Made by a program: the position numbers and the translations under genes
Assembly (NCBI GenBank): GCA_965227295.1
Contig: OZ245742.1
Span: 3,616,001 to 3,680,000, forward strand
DNA from: Leptonemataceae bacterium
GTDB taxonomy: Bacteria; Spirochaetota; Leptospiria; Leptospirales; Leptonemataceae
Length of the DNA: 64,000 nucleotides
Reading direction: 5' to 3'
Shown here: piece by piece, positions 20,752-29,567 of the stretch
Numbering within the stretch: the stretch's first letter is position 1
Layout of the letters: each line of letters opens with the position of its first letter
The notes under the pieces: generated by a model
Told to the model about the DNA's origin: nothing
Seen by the model: the letters and a program-made list of their open reading frames with translations, nothing else
The model's database searches: none

Positions 20752-22053
20752 ATGGCAGTACGGAAGAAAAGCGGAGATCGAGAGAAGCTGCACTGTAGCT
20801 TTTGCGGCAAGGAACAGGACTCCGTGCGCCGCCTTGTGGCGGGGCCGGGGGTCTACATTTGCGACGAGTGCATCGAGCTCTGCAACGAGATCATCGCCGA
20901 AGAGGGCGATCAGGAGGGCGGCGGCGTCCTCCAGGGTGAGTTGCCGCGCCCGGCGGAAATTCGCGACATCCTCGACCAGTACGTCATCGGGCAGGAGCGA
21001 GCCAAGAAGGCCCTGGCGGTAGCCGTCTATAATCACTACAAGCGCATCAATCAGAACCAGAAGAAAGGTGAGGTCGAGCTGGACAAGTCCAACATCCTGC
21101 TCATCGGGCCCACGGGTTCCGGCAAGACTCTGCTCGCGCAAACCCTGGCGCGGCTCCTCAAAGTGCCGTTCGCCATCGTGGACGCCACGGCATTGACCGA
21201 GGCCGGCTATGTCGGCGAGGATGTGGAGAACATTCTCCTGCGTCTCATCCAGAACGCGGACAACGACATCAAGCGCGCCGAGATCGGCATCATTTACATC
21301 GACGAGATCGACAAGATCTCGCGCAAGACGGACAACCCCTCCATCACCCGGGACGTCTCCGGTGAGGGCGTGCAGCAGGCCCTGCTCAAGATCATCGAAG
21401 GAACCGTCGCCAACGTTCCGCCCCAGGGCGGCCGCAAGCATCCGCATCAGGACTTTCTGTCGCTCGATACGCGCAACATCCTGTTCATTTGCGGCGGTGC
21501 CTTTGTGGGGCTGGACAAGATCATCGAGCATCGCCTCGGTCGTCGGGAGATCGGCTTCGGTCGCAAACCGGACCATGCGCCCATGGGAAAACAGGATCGT
21601 GCGCGTCGCCGGGAGATGCTGGCTCAGGTCATTCCGGACGACCTCATGAAGTACGGCCTCATTCCGGAATTCGTCGGCCGTCTGCCCATGGTGGCAAGCC
21701 TCGACGACCTGGACATCGAAACGCTGAAGCAGATTTTTACCGAACCGAAGAACTCACTGCTGCGCCAGTATCAGCGCATCTTCGAACTGGAAGAGGTGAA
21801 GCTTAAGTTCACCGACGAAGCCATTACGAAAATCGCCGAGCTGGCCATGCAACGCGAGGCCGGCGCCCGCGGTCTGCGCAGTATCGTCGAGAACGTCATG
21901 ATGGAACTCATGTACTCGATTCCGTCCCGGGACGACGTCGAAGAAGTGGTCATCACTCCTGCTGTCATTGAGAAGCAGGATCAGCCCGTCTTCGTCATGA
22001 AGAAAGAGGGCGGTCGTTCTTCGTCGAAAGACAAGAAAGAAAAGCTGGCCTGA
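20752..22053 (+). CDS. clpX: ATP-dependent Clp protease ATP-binding subunit
   Basis: CSFC zinc finger, [21 protein letters not shown] loop. Confidence 0.98.
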   Translation: MAVRKKSGDREKLHCSFCGKEQDSVRRLVAGPGVYICDECIELCNEIIAEEGDQEGGGVLQGELPRPAEIRDILDQYVIGQERAKKALAVAVYNHYKRINQNQKKGEVELDKSNILLIGPTGSGKTLLAQTLARLLKVPFAIVDATALTEAGYVGEDVENILLRLIQNADNDIKRAEIGIIYIDEIDKISRKTDNPSITRDVSGEGVQQALLKIIEGTVANVPPQGGRKHPHQDFLSLDTRNILFICGGAFVGLDKIIEHRLGRREIGFGRKPDHAPMGKQDRARRREMLAQVIPDDLMKYGLIPEFVGRLPMVASLDDLDIETLKQIFTEPKNSLLRQYQRIFELEEVKLKFTDEAITKIAELAMQREAGARGLRSIVENVMMELMYSIPSRDDVEEVVITPAVIEKQDQPVFVMKKEGGRSSSKDKKEKLA

Positions 22054-22081
22054 GTTATTCGGGCCGTATTCGATGCACGAT

Positions 22082-22211
22082 TCTTCGCGTCAGCGATTGG
22101 AAGGGTCGCGCGTAGCGCGAGTCCGGAGCGAAGCGCAGGACCGAAGGCGAAGCCGTCGCCCTGGAAAGCGCGGTCGGAAGGCGCCTGGGCCTGGCGCCTT
22201 CCGAGACGCCC
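22082..22211 (+). repeat. Structured intergenic repeat, copy A
   Basis: TCTTCGCGTCAGCGATTGGAAGGG...CCCTGGAAAGCGCGG...GACGCCC; aligns by eye with copies B-F. Confidence 0.9.
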
Positions 22212-22251
22212 AATGAAATCGCATCTTGTCTTGACTAACTTCTGTAAGCGT

Positions 22252-23262
22252 TCACTTACGCCGCCGCGCGCGCTCAATCAACCACACCAGCATCACCGAA
22301 AACCCGTAGAGTCCCAGCAGCAGCGTTCCCATAATCAAGAGCGACAACGGGTCGGGCGGCGTAATGGCGGCCGAGAAAACGAAGATGCCCGTGACGAAAA
22401 CCTTCCAGGTGGCCCGATGCCAGGCCATGGTTACAATTCCCAGGGCACCCAGGATGACGACGACCAGAGGCATTTGAAACATGATGCCCGCGCCCACGTG
22501 CAACAGGAACAGGAAGTTGTAGTACTTCTCCACGGTGGTCTGCGGCGCGATGCCCTCGGGCAAAATCTCCACGAACATGAACTGCAGCGATAGCGGGAAG
22601 ATGTAGAACCAGCACACAGCCATGCCCGTCCAGAAGAGCAGTGTAGAACAGAGGACGATGCCGTTGCCCAGCAGCGCGGCGCGGCGGCTGAGGGCGGGGG
22701 CCACAAAGCCCCACAGGATATACGTTAACACGGGGAGCGCCGTGGCGAGGCCGGTAATGAAACTGACTTTGATGTAAACTTCCATCGGCCCGACGACACT
22801 CTGGAGCAGCAATCTTTCGCCGGTGACCTCGGTGTAAGGCCCGATGAGAAAACGATGGATGTACGTGCTGAACACACCGGCCGCCACACTGAACGTTACC
22901 AAAACACCGATCATCCAGAGGATGCGGACGCGCAGTTCTTCCAGGTGATCGCCCACGGACATGTACTTTTCGCGCGGGTCGTCGTCGTGATAGTCGGCGT
23001 CGAAGCCGTCATCGTGCGGATCGTGGTCGGTAACGGGTGGCTGGTCCGGCGGAGCAGGGGGGCCGCCGACGACCGCATCTTTGCGGTAGCTACCGGTGGG
23101 TACCAGCGTGGGCCGGCGGTCGGTCTTCCGGGGCGCTTTCTTGCGAGAGCGAGCGACTTTCTTGCGGGGCGTCGCACTCTTTTTCCGAGCGGCTTTCTTG
23201 CGGGATGCGGCCGTCTTTTTGCGCGCCGCGGCCTTGCGGGATCCCGATTTCTTCTTCGGCAT
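22252..23262 (-). CDS. tatC: Twin-arginine translocase subunit TatC with long basic N-terminal extension
   Basis: MSVGDHLEELRVR, WGFVAPAL, FQMP, AAITPPDP. Confidence 0.93.
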   Translation of the reverse strand: MPKKKSGSRKAAARKKTAASRKKAARKKSATPRKKVARSRKKAPRKTDRRPTLVPTGSYRKDAVVGGPPAPPDQPPVTDHDPHDDGFDADYHDDDPREKYMSVGDHLEELRVRILWMIGVLVTFSVAAGVFSTYIHRFLIGPYTEVTGERLLLQSVVGPMEVYIKVSFITGLATALPVLTYILWGFVAPALSRRAALLGNGIVLCSTLLFWTGMAVCWFYIFPLSLQFMFVEILPEGIAPQTTVEKYYNFLFLLHVGAGIMFQMPLVVVILGALGIVTMAWHRATWKVFVTGIFVFSAAITPPDPLSLLIMGTLLLGLYGFSVMLVWLIERARRRK

Positions 23263-23279
23263 GACTCAGGCGTGGTGGA

Positions 23280-23531
23280 TCAGCTTTTCTTGCTGCGACC
23301 GGCTTTCGTTTTCGAGGAATCTTTCTTTTTATCGACACCGTCGATGGTGACCGAGTCCTCGATTTCACCGCGGACGTTCGAGACTTCCTGCTCCGCGTCG
23401 CCCATGGTCTTTTTGAATTCGCGGATGCCGATGCCGAGGTCTTTGGCAAGCTGCGGAATTTTACGGCCACCGAAGAGGATGAGGACGATCAAGAAGACGA
23501 TTAATATTTCCCAGAATCCGAAATTGCCCAT
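23280..23531 (-). CDS. tatA: Twin-arginine translocase TatA/E
   Basis: GFWEILIV..LILFGGRKIPQLAKDLGIGIREFKK. Confidence 0.95.
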   Translation of the reverse strand: MGNFGFWEILIVFLIVLILFGGRKIPQLAKDLGIGIREFKKTMGDAEQEVSNVRGEIEDSVTIDGVDKKKDSSKTKAGRSKKS

Positions 23532-23698
23532 GAGACTGTTCCTGCGCCGAACCGATAATGATAGTAGTGCGGCTGGGCGCCCGGCCGTCGCCGGTTCTAC
23601 GGGCAGGAAACTGAGGTCCGGGAGATTCGGCCAGCAAAATGATTTAGAGTTGTCACGCTTTTTTGAGGCTGATACACTCTCGCAGGCGAGGTAATTCC

Positions 23699-24511
23699 GT
23701 GGCGGTCAGCAAGGAACAGAAGCATCTCTACAATGAAAAGGTCCGGCCGTACAAGAGCACGGCGGAAGACCTCAAAAAAGAAATCTCCACCGTGAAGGGG
23801 GCCGGGCGGCGGAACGCGAAGCTGGACCCTTACTTTCAGGTGAAGTCCGCGGTCCTGGGGGCCCAACGGGCCAACACCCTGGTGCAGATGTCCCGCCTGT
23901 CGCAGCAGATCCAGAACATCAAGAACGACAGTTACCTCAACGACGCTCGCAAAGAAATTTCCAGCCGACTTTCCGACCTCCTGAAGATCGTGGGCGAGAA
24001 CCTTGACGGCGGACTCACCGACAACGTCGACGAACTGGCAAAGATCTCACAGCTTACGCCGCTCCAGAAGTTCCATCTGCTTCAGGGACTCAAGGACGCC
24101 ATCGAGAACGTTCGCGCGGCCATGGGGGAGACCTCCAAGTGGCGCTGGTACTATCCGGACATGTATCTCAAGCTCGTGACCCTGGCCCGCAACCTCATGG
24201 ACTTCAAGCAGTTCGAGCGCACGAAGGATCCGAACGACGACAACTACCGGCCGCTTCAGGAGTACATGCGGTTTATGATGGAAGAGTCCCAGAATGCCGC
24301 TCAGGAATACCGCTCCAAGTACGAGCTGAGTACGAACGAGGTCGGCGACCTCCAGGTAATCCAGCGGATTTTCGAGATGCAGAAACGGGTCTACACGTTC
24401 ACCGGGCAGAAGGAGGAACTGAAAAAGGCCTCGATCTCCCTGGATAGCATCAAGGAAAAAATCGAAGCCCAGATGTCCGAAAAGAAGGGCGCCAAAAAGA
24501 AGAAAGGTTGA
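23699..24511 (+). CDS. Hypothetical helical protein
   Basis: GTG start after GAGGT; long ORF with host codon usage; no motif recognised. Confidence 0.75.
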   Translation: MAVSKEQKHLYNEKVRPYKSTAEDLKKEISTVKGAGRRNAKLDPYFQVKSAVLGAQRANTLVQMSRLSQQIQNIKNDSYLNDARKEISSRLSDLLKIVGENLDGGLTDNVDELAKISQLTPLQKFHLLQGLKDAIENVRAAMGETSKWRWYYPDMYLKLVTLARNLMDFKQFERTKDPNDDNYRPLQEYMRFMMEESQNAAQEYRSKYELSTNEVGDLQVIQRIFEMQKRVYTFTGQKEELKKASISLDSIKEKIEAQMSEKKGAKKKKG

Positions 24512-24557
24512 CGCTCCGGCCTTTCCTGGTTTGCTTATCGGGAAGGAGTGCCGAATT

Positions 24558-24872
24558 ATGTCCGTAAAAACCCTTACCGATGCCACCTACGATCAGGATA
24601 CCGCCAGCGGTACGGTGCTCGTCGATTTCTGGGCGGAGTGGTGCGGCCCGTGCAAGATGATCGCTCCCATTGTAGAAGAGCTTTCCGGTGAGATGGGCGA
24701 CGTCACCTTTGCCAAGCTGAACGTGGACGAAAACCAGCAGGTCGCTCAGAAGCTCGGCATCACGTCGATCCCCACGCTCATCCTGTACAAAGACGGCCAG
24801 CAGGTAGACAAGGTCGTCGGTCTCATGCCGAAGCCCCAGCTCAAGAGCTTCATCGAGAAACACAACGGCTGA
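24558..24872 (+). CDS. trxA: Thioredoxin
   Basis: DFWAEWCGPCK, SIPTL; AAGGAG RBS. Confidence 0.96.
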   Translation: MSVKTLTDATYDQDTASGTVLVDFWAEWCGPCKMIAPIVEELSGEMGDVTFAKLNVDENQQVAQKLGITSIPTLILYKDGQQVDKVVGLMPKPQLKSFIEKHNG

Positions 24873-24879
24873 GCCTTCC

Positions 24880-25215
24880 TCACTCCGACAGAACCTGCAA
24901 GAACACGCCGTGGTCGTGATCCCCGGCGCGTTCGCTGCGAACGTACACCGGAACGCCGAGTTCCAGCAGGGCGGACTCCTCGTCCGTGAGGACGACGGCG
25001 TGGCGGTGTCCCAGGGTTTCGTCGAGATCAAACACCCGAATTCCGGATCGTAGCAGGCGCAGGGAGAACGCATTCGTCGTGTGGCTGTGCAGCGCCGTCG
25101 TTTCCACCCGGGCCTGAAGCCGGCCATCCTCGCTACCGGACGTACAATGTGCCACCTGGCCGGTCAGGAGCGGGATGATGATCATTCCTGTGATTTTCTG
25201 GATGCGCCGGTTCAT
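24880..25215 (-). CDS. Small exported His-rich protein
   Basis: MNRR..hydrophobic..VAHC; HSH, GHRH, DHDH motifs. Confidence 0.6.
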   Translation of the reverse strand: MNRRIQKITGMIIIPLLTGQVAHCTSGSEDGRLQARVETTALHSHTTNAFSLRLLRSGIRVFDLDETLGHRHAVVLTDEESALLELGVPVYVRSERAGDHDHGVFLQVLSE

Positions 25216-25367
25216 GCTGTCCGCCTTGACTCAATTTGCATGGCTGCGGAGCCGATTTTAGAAAGGTTGTCTCGTATTTCGATGATTTCCGGGATTTTTT
25301 TAGTGTTAATTAGCTTTCTTTACGGAAAGGTGGCCTTCCAGTTCATGGAGAGCGGAACGGTAGATTC

Positions 25368-27539
25368 ATGGCTTTAACGAAGGTTGAGTTATCGGCTCCT
25401 TATACGTCGCTGCCCCGGGGCGGCTACCTGGTAGAGACGTCCGTCGGCTACATTCAATTCGGTTCCCCGCCGGAGACGATCAAAGACACGATGATGCTGC
25501 CGCGCAGTACGCCGCAGATCTTCGTCCTGCCGAACAAGTTTTTCCACGTGGAGAAGGGCATCTCCGTCGCCGAGCTGGAATTCCCGATCTACTACAATCA
25601 CTTCCTCCGCCAGAAGAAAACCTACATCGTCTGTACCCGGGAACAACGCGAGCAGTTGAAGATCGTGTTGAACGAGGCCGTCTTCGGTCCGGAGATTGTG
25701 GACCTTGCCTCGGAATTCGTCGACGGCGAGTCCACGTTCGGTTTCCCGGACATGGTCAAAGAGATGGATCACTTCCGCGGCGGCCGGGAACTGGACGACC
25801 TGGTGAAGTTCGTGATCTTCAAAAACAACCAGGTGCGGCTGAACAACGTCACGATCACGAAACTGGAGAACGAAAATTTCCGCCTGGAAGATACGGACTG
25901 GAACTCGCGTACCGAACTTCCCGGCGGCGTGGACTTTAAGATCATTTACGATACGGGAAAGCGGCCGGTGGAGCCCTACAAGCCGCCGCTGTTGGGCATT
26001 ACGTGCCTGGGACCGTCCCACGGTTTCGATCCCGAGGAAAACACCAGCGGTTTCTTGCTGTGGATCAATCACCAGGGCATTATGGTGGACCCGCCGGTGA
26101 ACTCGACGGAGTGGTTGCGCGAATCCAACGTCAATCCCAAACTCATTAACAGCATCATCTTAACTCACTGTCACGCCGATCACGACGCCGGCACGTTTCA
26201 AAAGATTCTCGAAGAAGGCAAGATTACCATCTACTCCACGGAGACGGTGATGCACTCCTTCGTGCGCAAGTACCACGGCCTTACGAAGATTCCGGTCAAA
26301 GAACTCTTTTCGCTCTTCGACTTCGTGCCGGTGGTCATCGGCAAGATGTACATCATCAACGGTGCCGAGTTTCGCTTCAATTACGCCCTGCATTCCATTC
26401 CGTCCCTGAGCTTCGAGTTTTTCTTTCAGGATCAGTCGTTCATCTATTCGTCGGATCATCTCAACGATCCCGACCGTTGCGCTCAGTTGCTCGAAATGGG
26501 CATCCTCACGGAAAGCCGCTATCGTGATCTCATCGAATTTCCGTGGCATCACAAAATGATCTATCACGAGGCCGGTATCCCGCCGTTGCATACGCGCATC
26601 GATTACCTGCGTTCATTGCCCGAGGACGTGCAGAAGCGCATCACGGTGTATCACATCGCGAAAAAGGACATGCCGGCGGACTCGCATTTGAACCTGGCGA
26701 CCTTCGGGATCGAAAACACGTACTATCCGGAGACCACGCCGCCGAAACACGAGACGGCCTATCGTTTGCTGGACGCCCTGGCCAACGTGGACATCTTCCG
26801 GGATTTCCCCATTGCGAAGTCGAAAGAGTTTCTAACGATTGTCGAACGTAAGATCTACGAGCGTGGTGAGCGCATCATCGAGAAGAACAGCCCGGGCGAT
26901 AAGTTTTTCATTATCGTTTCGGGGAACGTGCGGGTCGAGGGCCTGGACCATCTCCAGGATGCCGACGAGGGCAAACGCTTCGGCTCGTACGAGTACTTCG
27001 GCGAAGCCTCGCTGATTATGGATCAACCGCGGAGTGCCGACGTCATTGCCGAGACTCAGGTCGAGGCGCTAACGATCAACAAAACGAAGTTTCTGAACTT
27101 CATAAAGGGCTCCGGGCTGAACCAGAAGTTCGCGCGCCTGGCGGAGATCCGTCGCACCGGTAGTTGGGAGACGCTGTCGAAGTCGCGTTTCTTCCGGTAC
27201 ACCACGTCGGCGCAGAAGACCCAGTTGGAACTGCTCGTTTACTTTCGAACCATGCGCATGTCGGATCTGCTGATTCGCCAGGGCCTTACGTTCGACGAAG
27301 CTTACATTATTAAGACCGGTACGGTGGACGTGCTCCGCCACGGCCGCCTGGTGGAAGCCCTGGGCCCCGGCGACTTCTGCGGGGAGATCTTCAAACTCCA
27401 GAAGAACACGCCGTCGGCCTACGATTTTAAGGCCACTTCGAATCTCGAGGTTTACGTGATTCGTCGGGAAGACCTGATCTACTACATCACCGAAAACCCG
27501 GGCGTGTACATGCGCCTGAACTACGTGTACGGGAACTAA
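25368..27539 (+). CDS. Metallo-beta-lactamase-fold hydrolase fused to two cNMP-binding domains (putative cyclic nucleotide phosphodiesterase)
   Basis: THCHADHD, HSIP, YSSD; cNMP motifs YFGEASL..PRSADV and GDFCGE. Confidence 0.8.
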   Translation: MALTKVELSAPYTSLPRGGYLVETSVGYIQFGSPPETIKDTMMLPRSTPQIFVLPNKFFHVEKGISVAELEFPIYYNHFLRQKKTYIVCTREQREQLKIVLNEAVFGPEIVDLASEFVDGESTFGFPDMVKEMDHFRGGRELDDLVKFVIFKNNQVRLNNVTITKLENENFRLEDTDWNSRTELPGGVDFKIIYDTGKRPVEPYKPPLLGITCLGPSHGFDPEENTSGFLLWINHQGIMVDPPVNSTEWLRESNVNPKLINSIILTHCHADHDAGTFQKILEEGKITIYSTETVMHSFVRKYHGLTKIPVKELFSLFDFVPVVIGKMYIINGAEFRFNYALHSIPSLSFEFFFQDQSFIYSSDHLNDPDRCAQLLEMGILTESRYRDLIEFPWHHKMIYHEAGIPPLHTRIDYLRSLPEDVQKRITVYHIAKKDMPADSHLNLATFGIENTYYPETTPPKHETAYRLLDALANVDIFRDFPIAKSKEFLTIVERKIYERGERIIEKNSPGDKFFIIVSGNVRVEGLDHLQDADEGKRFGSYEYFGEASLIMDQPRSADVIAETQVEALTINKTKFLNFIKGSGLNQKFARLAEIRRTGSWETLSKSRFFRYTTSAQKTQLELLVYFRTMRMSDLLIRQGLTFDEAYIIKTGTVDVLRHGRLVEALGPGDFCGEIFKLQKNTPSAYDFKATSNLEVYVIRREDLIYYITENPGVYMRLNYVYGN

Positions 27540-27549
27540 GTTCTTCGCG

Positions 27550-28350
27550 TTACGCGGCCAACTTCCAGATCCCTTCGGCCGCCAGCGCCACGAAAAACCC
27601 CAGCGCCAGGAACACACCCAACGGAGCCGGGGCCCTGCGGTCGCGCTGAATCGCGTAGATGTATACGATGCTCCCGACGGCGCCGAGTTGAATCGTAACA
27701 AGGGCCCAGGGCACGCCGCCGTAGAGCGCCAGCACGCCGACTAATATCACATCTCCGAAACCTAAGCCGCGCATGCGCGAAAGAAAGAACAGCGCCAGGA
27801 ATATGAGCAGCGCGACGGCCGCGGTGAGCAGGTGCACCTGCAACAGGTCCCAGTCCCGATGACTGCGTTCTACGGTGGCGGCGGCGGACCAGAGGATTAA
27901 GAACAGGGCGTTTTCGTGATCCAGCAAGAAGTAGTTCCAGTCCGTTGCGATCGAAATGTAGAGATGCCCGCAGAGCAGGATCGTGAGCAGGGCCGCCACG
28001 GGAGACCAGCCGGCGGCCAGCAGCAGCGGAAAGAGCAGGCCTGGAAAGACCTCGCCGGCGAGGGTCCAGGGGCCGATGCGAATCTTACACGCGGAGCAGC
28101 GCCCGCCGGTCAGCACGTAACCCAGGATCGGCGTAAGATGCAGCGGATGAATGTTAGTGCCGCACGCGAAACAGTGGGACGGCCGGAAGAAGATTTCCCG
28201 CCAGCGATTCGGGAGTTTGCGGCCGGGGCCGTAGAAATAAAACAGCACGCGCGAGGCCAGGGCCGTGTAGAAACTTCCCAGCGTGAGGCCGAAGAACGTC
28301 GCCGCGGGGTAGACGATCACCGCGGGCAGATGCGCGAACGCATCATCCAT
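27550..28350 (-). CDS. pilD: Prepilin peptidase (A24)
   Basis: LGSF, PSHCFAC, GRCSAC, ATD and GLGFGD aspartate motifs, PLGVFL. Confidence 0.88.
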   Translation of the reverse strand: MDDAFAHLPAVIVYPAATFFGLTLGSFYTALASRVLFYFYGPGRKLPNRWREIFFRPSHCFACGTNIHPLHLTPILGYVLTGGRCSACKIRIGPWTLAGEVFPGLLFPLLLAAGWSPVAALLTILLCGHLYISIATDWNYFLLDHENALFLILWSAAATVERSHRDWDLLQVHLLTAAVALLIFLALFFLSRMRGLGFGDVILVGVLALYGGVPWALVTIQLGAVGSIVYIYAIQRDRRAPAPLGVFLALGFFVALAAEGIWKLAA

Positions 28351-28351
28351 C

Positions 28352-29458
28352 TTACAGCAGATCCAGGAAAGCGTCCATGCCGCGTTCGAGGGTCGCGGAA
28401 TCGGTGGCGTAGGATATCCGCACGCGGTCCTGGGCCTGAGAGAAAATACGGCCGGGGACGATCAGCAGTTCCTTCTCCTGGATGGCCCGCTCAATGAACT
28501 CACGGTCCGTACCGGGGATGCGCGCCCAGACGTAAAAGGCCCCGCCGGGATACGTGAACTCGGTGCGGCCCTGCAAACGTTCCAGGCAATAATCGCGGTT
28601 GCGTTTGTATTCGGCGACGTACGCGGACATGTCTATGTCCAGTGCGGCGATGCCGGCCCACTGCACGGCGGAGGGCGCGCAGACCACGGTGTACTGCTGC
28701 AGCGTGGTCATGGCCTTGATGATGGGCTCGGGACCCGTTACGGCGGAAAGGCGCAGTCCGGTCATACTGTAGCTCTTCGAAAAACCCATGAAGGTAATCG
28801 TGTTTGAGTAGAACTTAGCGGCGGAGACGAACTGGCCCTCGTAGTCGAAGAGTTCGTAGATCTCGTCGGCGACGAGCAGAGCGCCGCCCCGGTCGGCCAG
28901 GTTCGCAAGCGAACGCAATTGTTCTTCGGTCATGACGTGGCCGGACGGATTCGACGGCGAACAGTAGATGATGAGCTTGAGGCCGTTCGGATCGATGCCG
29001 TCGAGGTCCGCGGCGCTGAAGGTCTCCGGCACGTACTCCACGCGCGCGCCCATGAAGTGCAGCATGCTGCGATAGATGAGAAACGCCGGATCGGTGAGCA
29101 GCACGCGATCGCCGGGATCGATAACGGCCTGGAAGAGGAGCTGGATCAACGACGATACGCCGGAACTCACGAGGATGCGGTCGGCCGGAGCGTCGAAGCC
29201 GTTCACCTCTTTGAATTTTCGGGACAGGCGTTCCCGCAGTTCGAGGATGCCCTGGGTTTGCGTGTAGGCGGTCTGGCCGCGGTTCAGGGCCTCGGTGACG
29301 GCCTCACGAATTTCGGACGGCGCGGCGAAGTGCGGCTGGCCGATGGAGAGGTTGATGGGATTCTTGAGGCTCGCCGCGAGCTGAAAGACCCGCCGGATTT
29401 CGGAGGTATCGATGCGGGCCATGCGTTCGGAGAAGATCTGCGGCGAAACCTGAGTCAT
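28352..29458 (-). CDS. PLP-dependent class I/II aminotransferase
   Basis: INLSIGQP, SPSNPSG, ADEIY, GFSKSYSMTGLR. Confidence 0.93.
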   Translation of the reverse strand: MTQVSPQIFSERMARIDTSEIRRVFQLAASLKNPINLSIGQPHFAAPSEIREAVTEALNRGQTAYTQTQGILELRERLSRKFKEVNGFDAPADRILVSSGVSSLIQLLFQAVIDPGDRVLLTDPAFLIYRSMLHFMGARVEYVPETFSAADLDGIDPNGLKLIIYCSPSNPSGHVMTEEQLRSLANLADRGGALLVADEIYELFDYEGQFVSAAKFYSNTITFMGFSKSYSMTGLRLSAVTGPEPIIKAMTTLQQYTVVCAPSAVQWAGIAALDIDMSAYVAEYKRNRDYCLERLQGRTEFTYPGGAFYVWARIPGTDREFIERAIQEKELLIVPGRIFSQAQDRVRISYATDSATLERGMDAFLDLL

Positions 29459-29523
29459 ACACAGCCGAATGCCGGGGACGAGAGCCGACGTAAAGGCAAA
29501 TCCCGATCGTCCCCACGCACCGC

Positions 29524-29551
29524 TTGAAAAACTTGACTCACCGGTCATAAT
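29524..29551 (+). promoter_or_regulatory. Candidate sigma70 promoter of the AAA-VWA gene
   Basis: TTGAAA-16 nt-CATAAT, 16 nt upstream of ATG 29568. Confidence 0.35.
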
Positions 29552-29567
29552 AAATCGAACTGACCGC

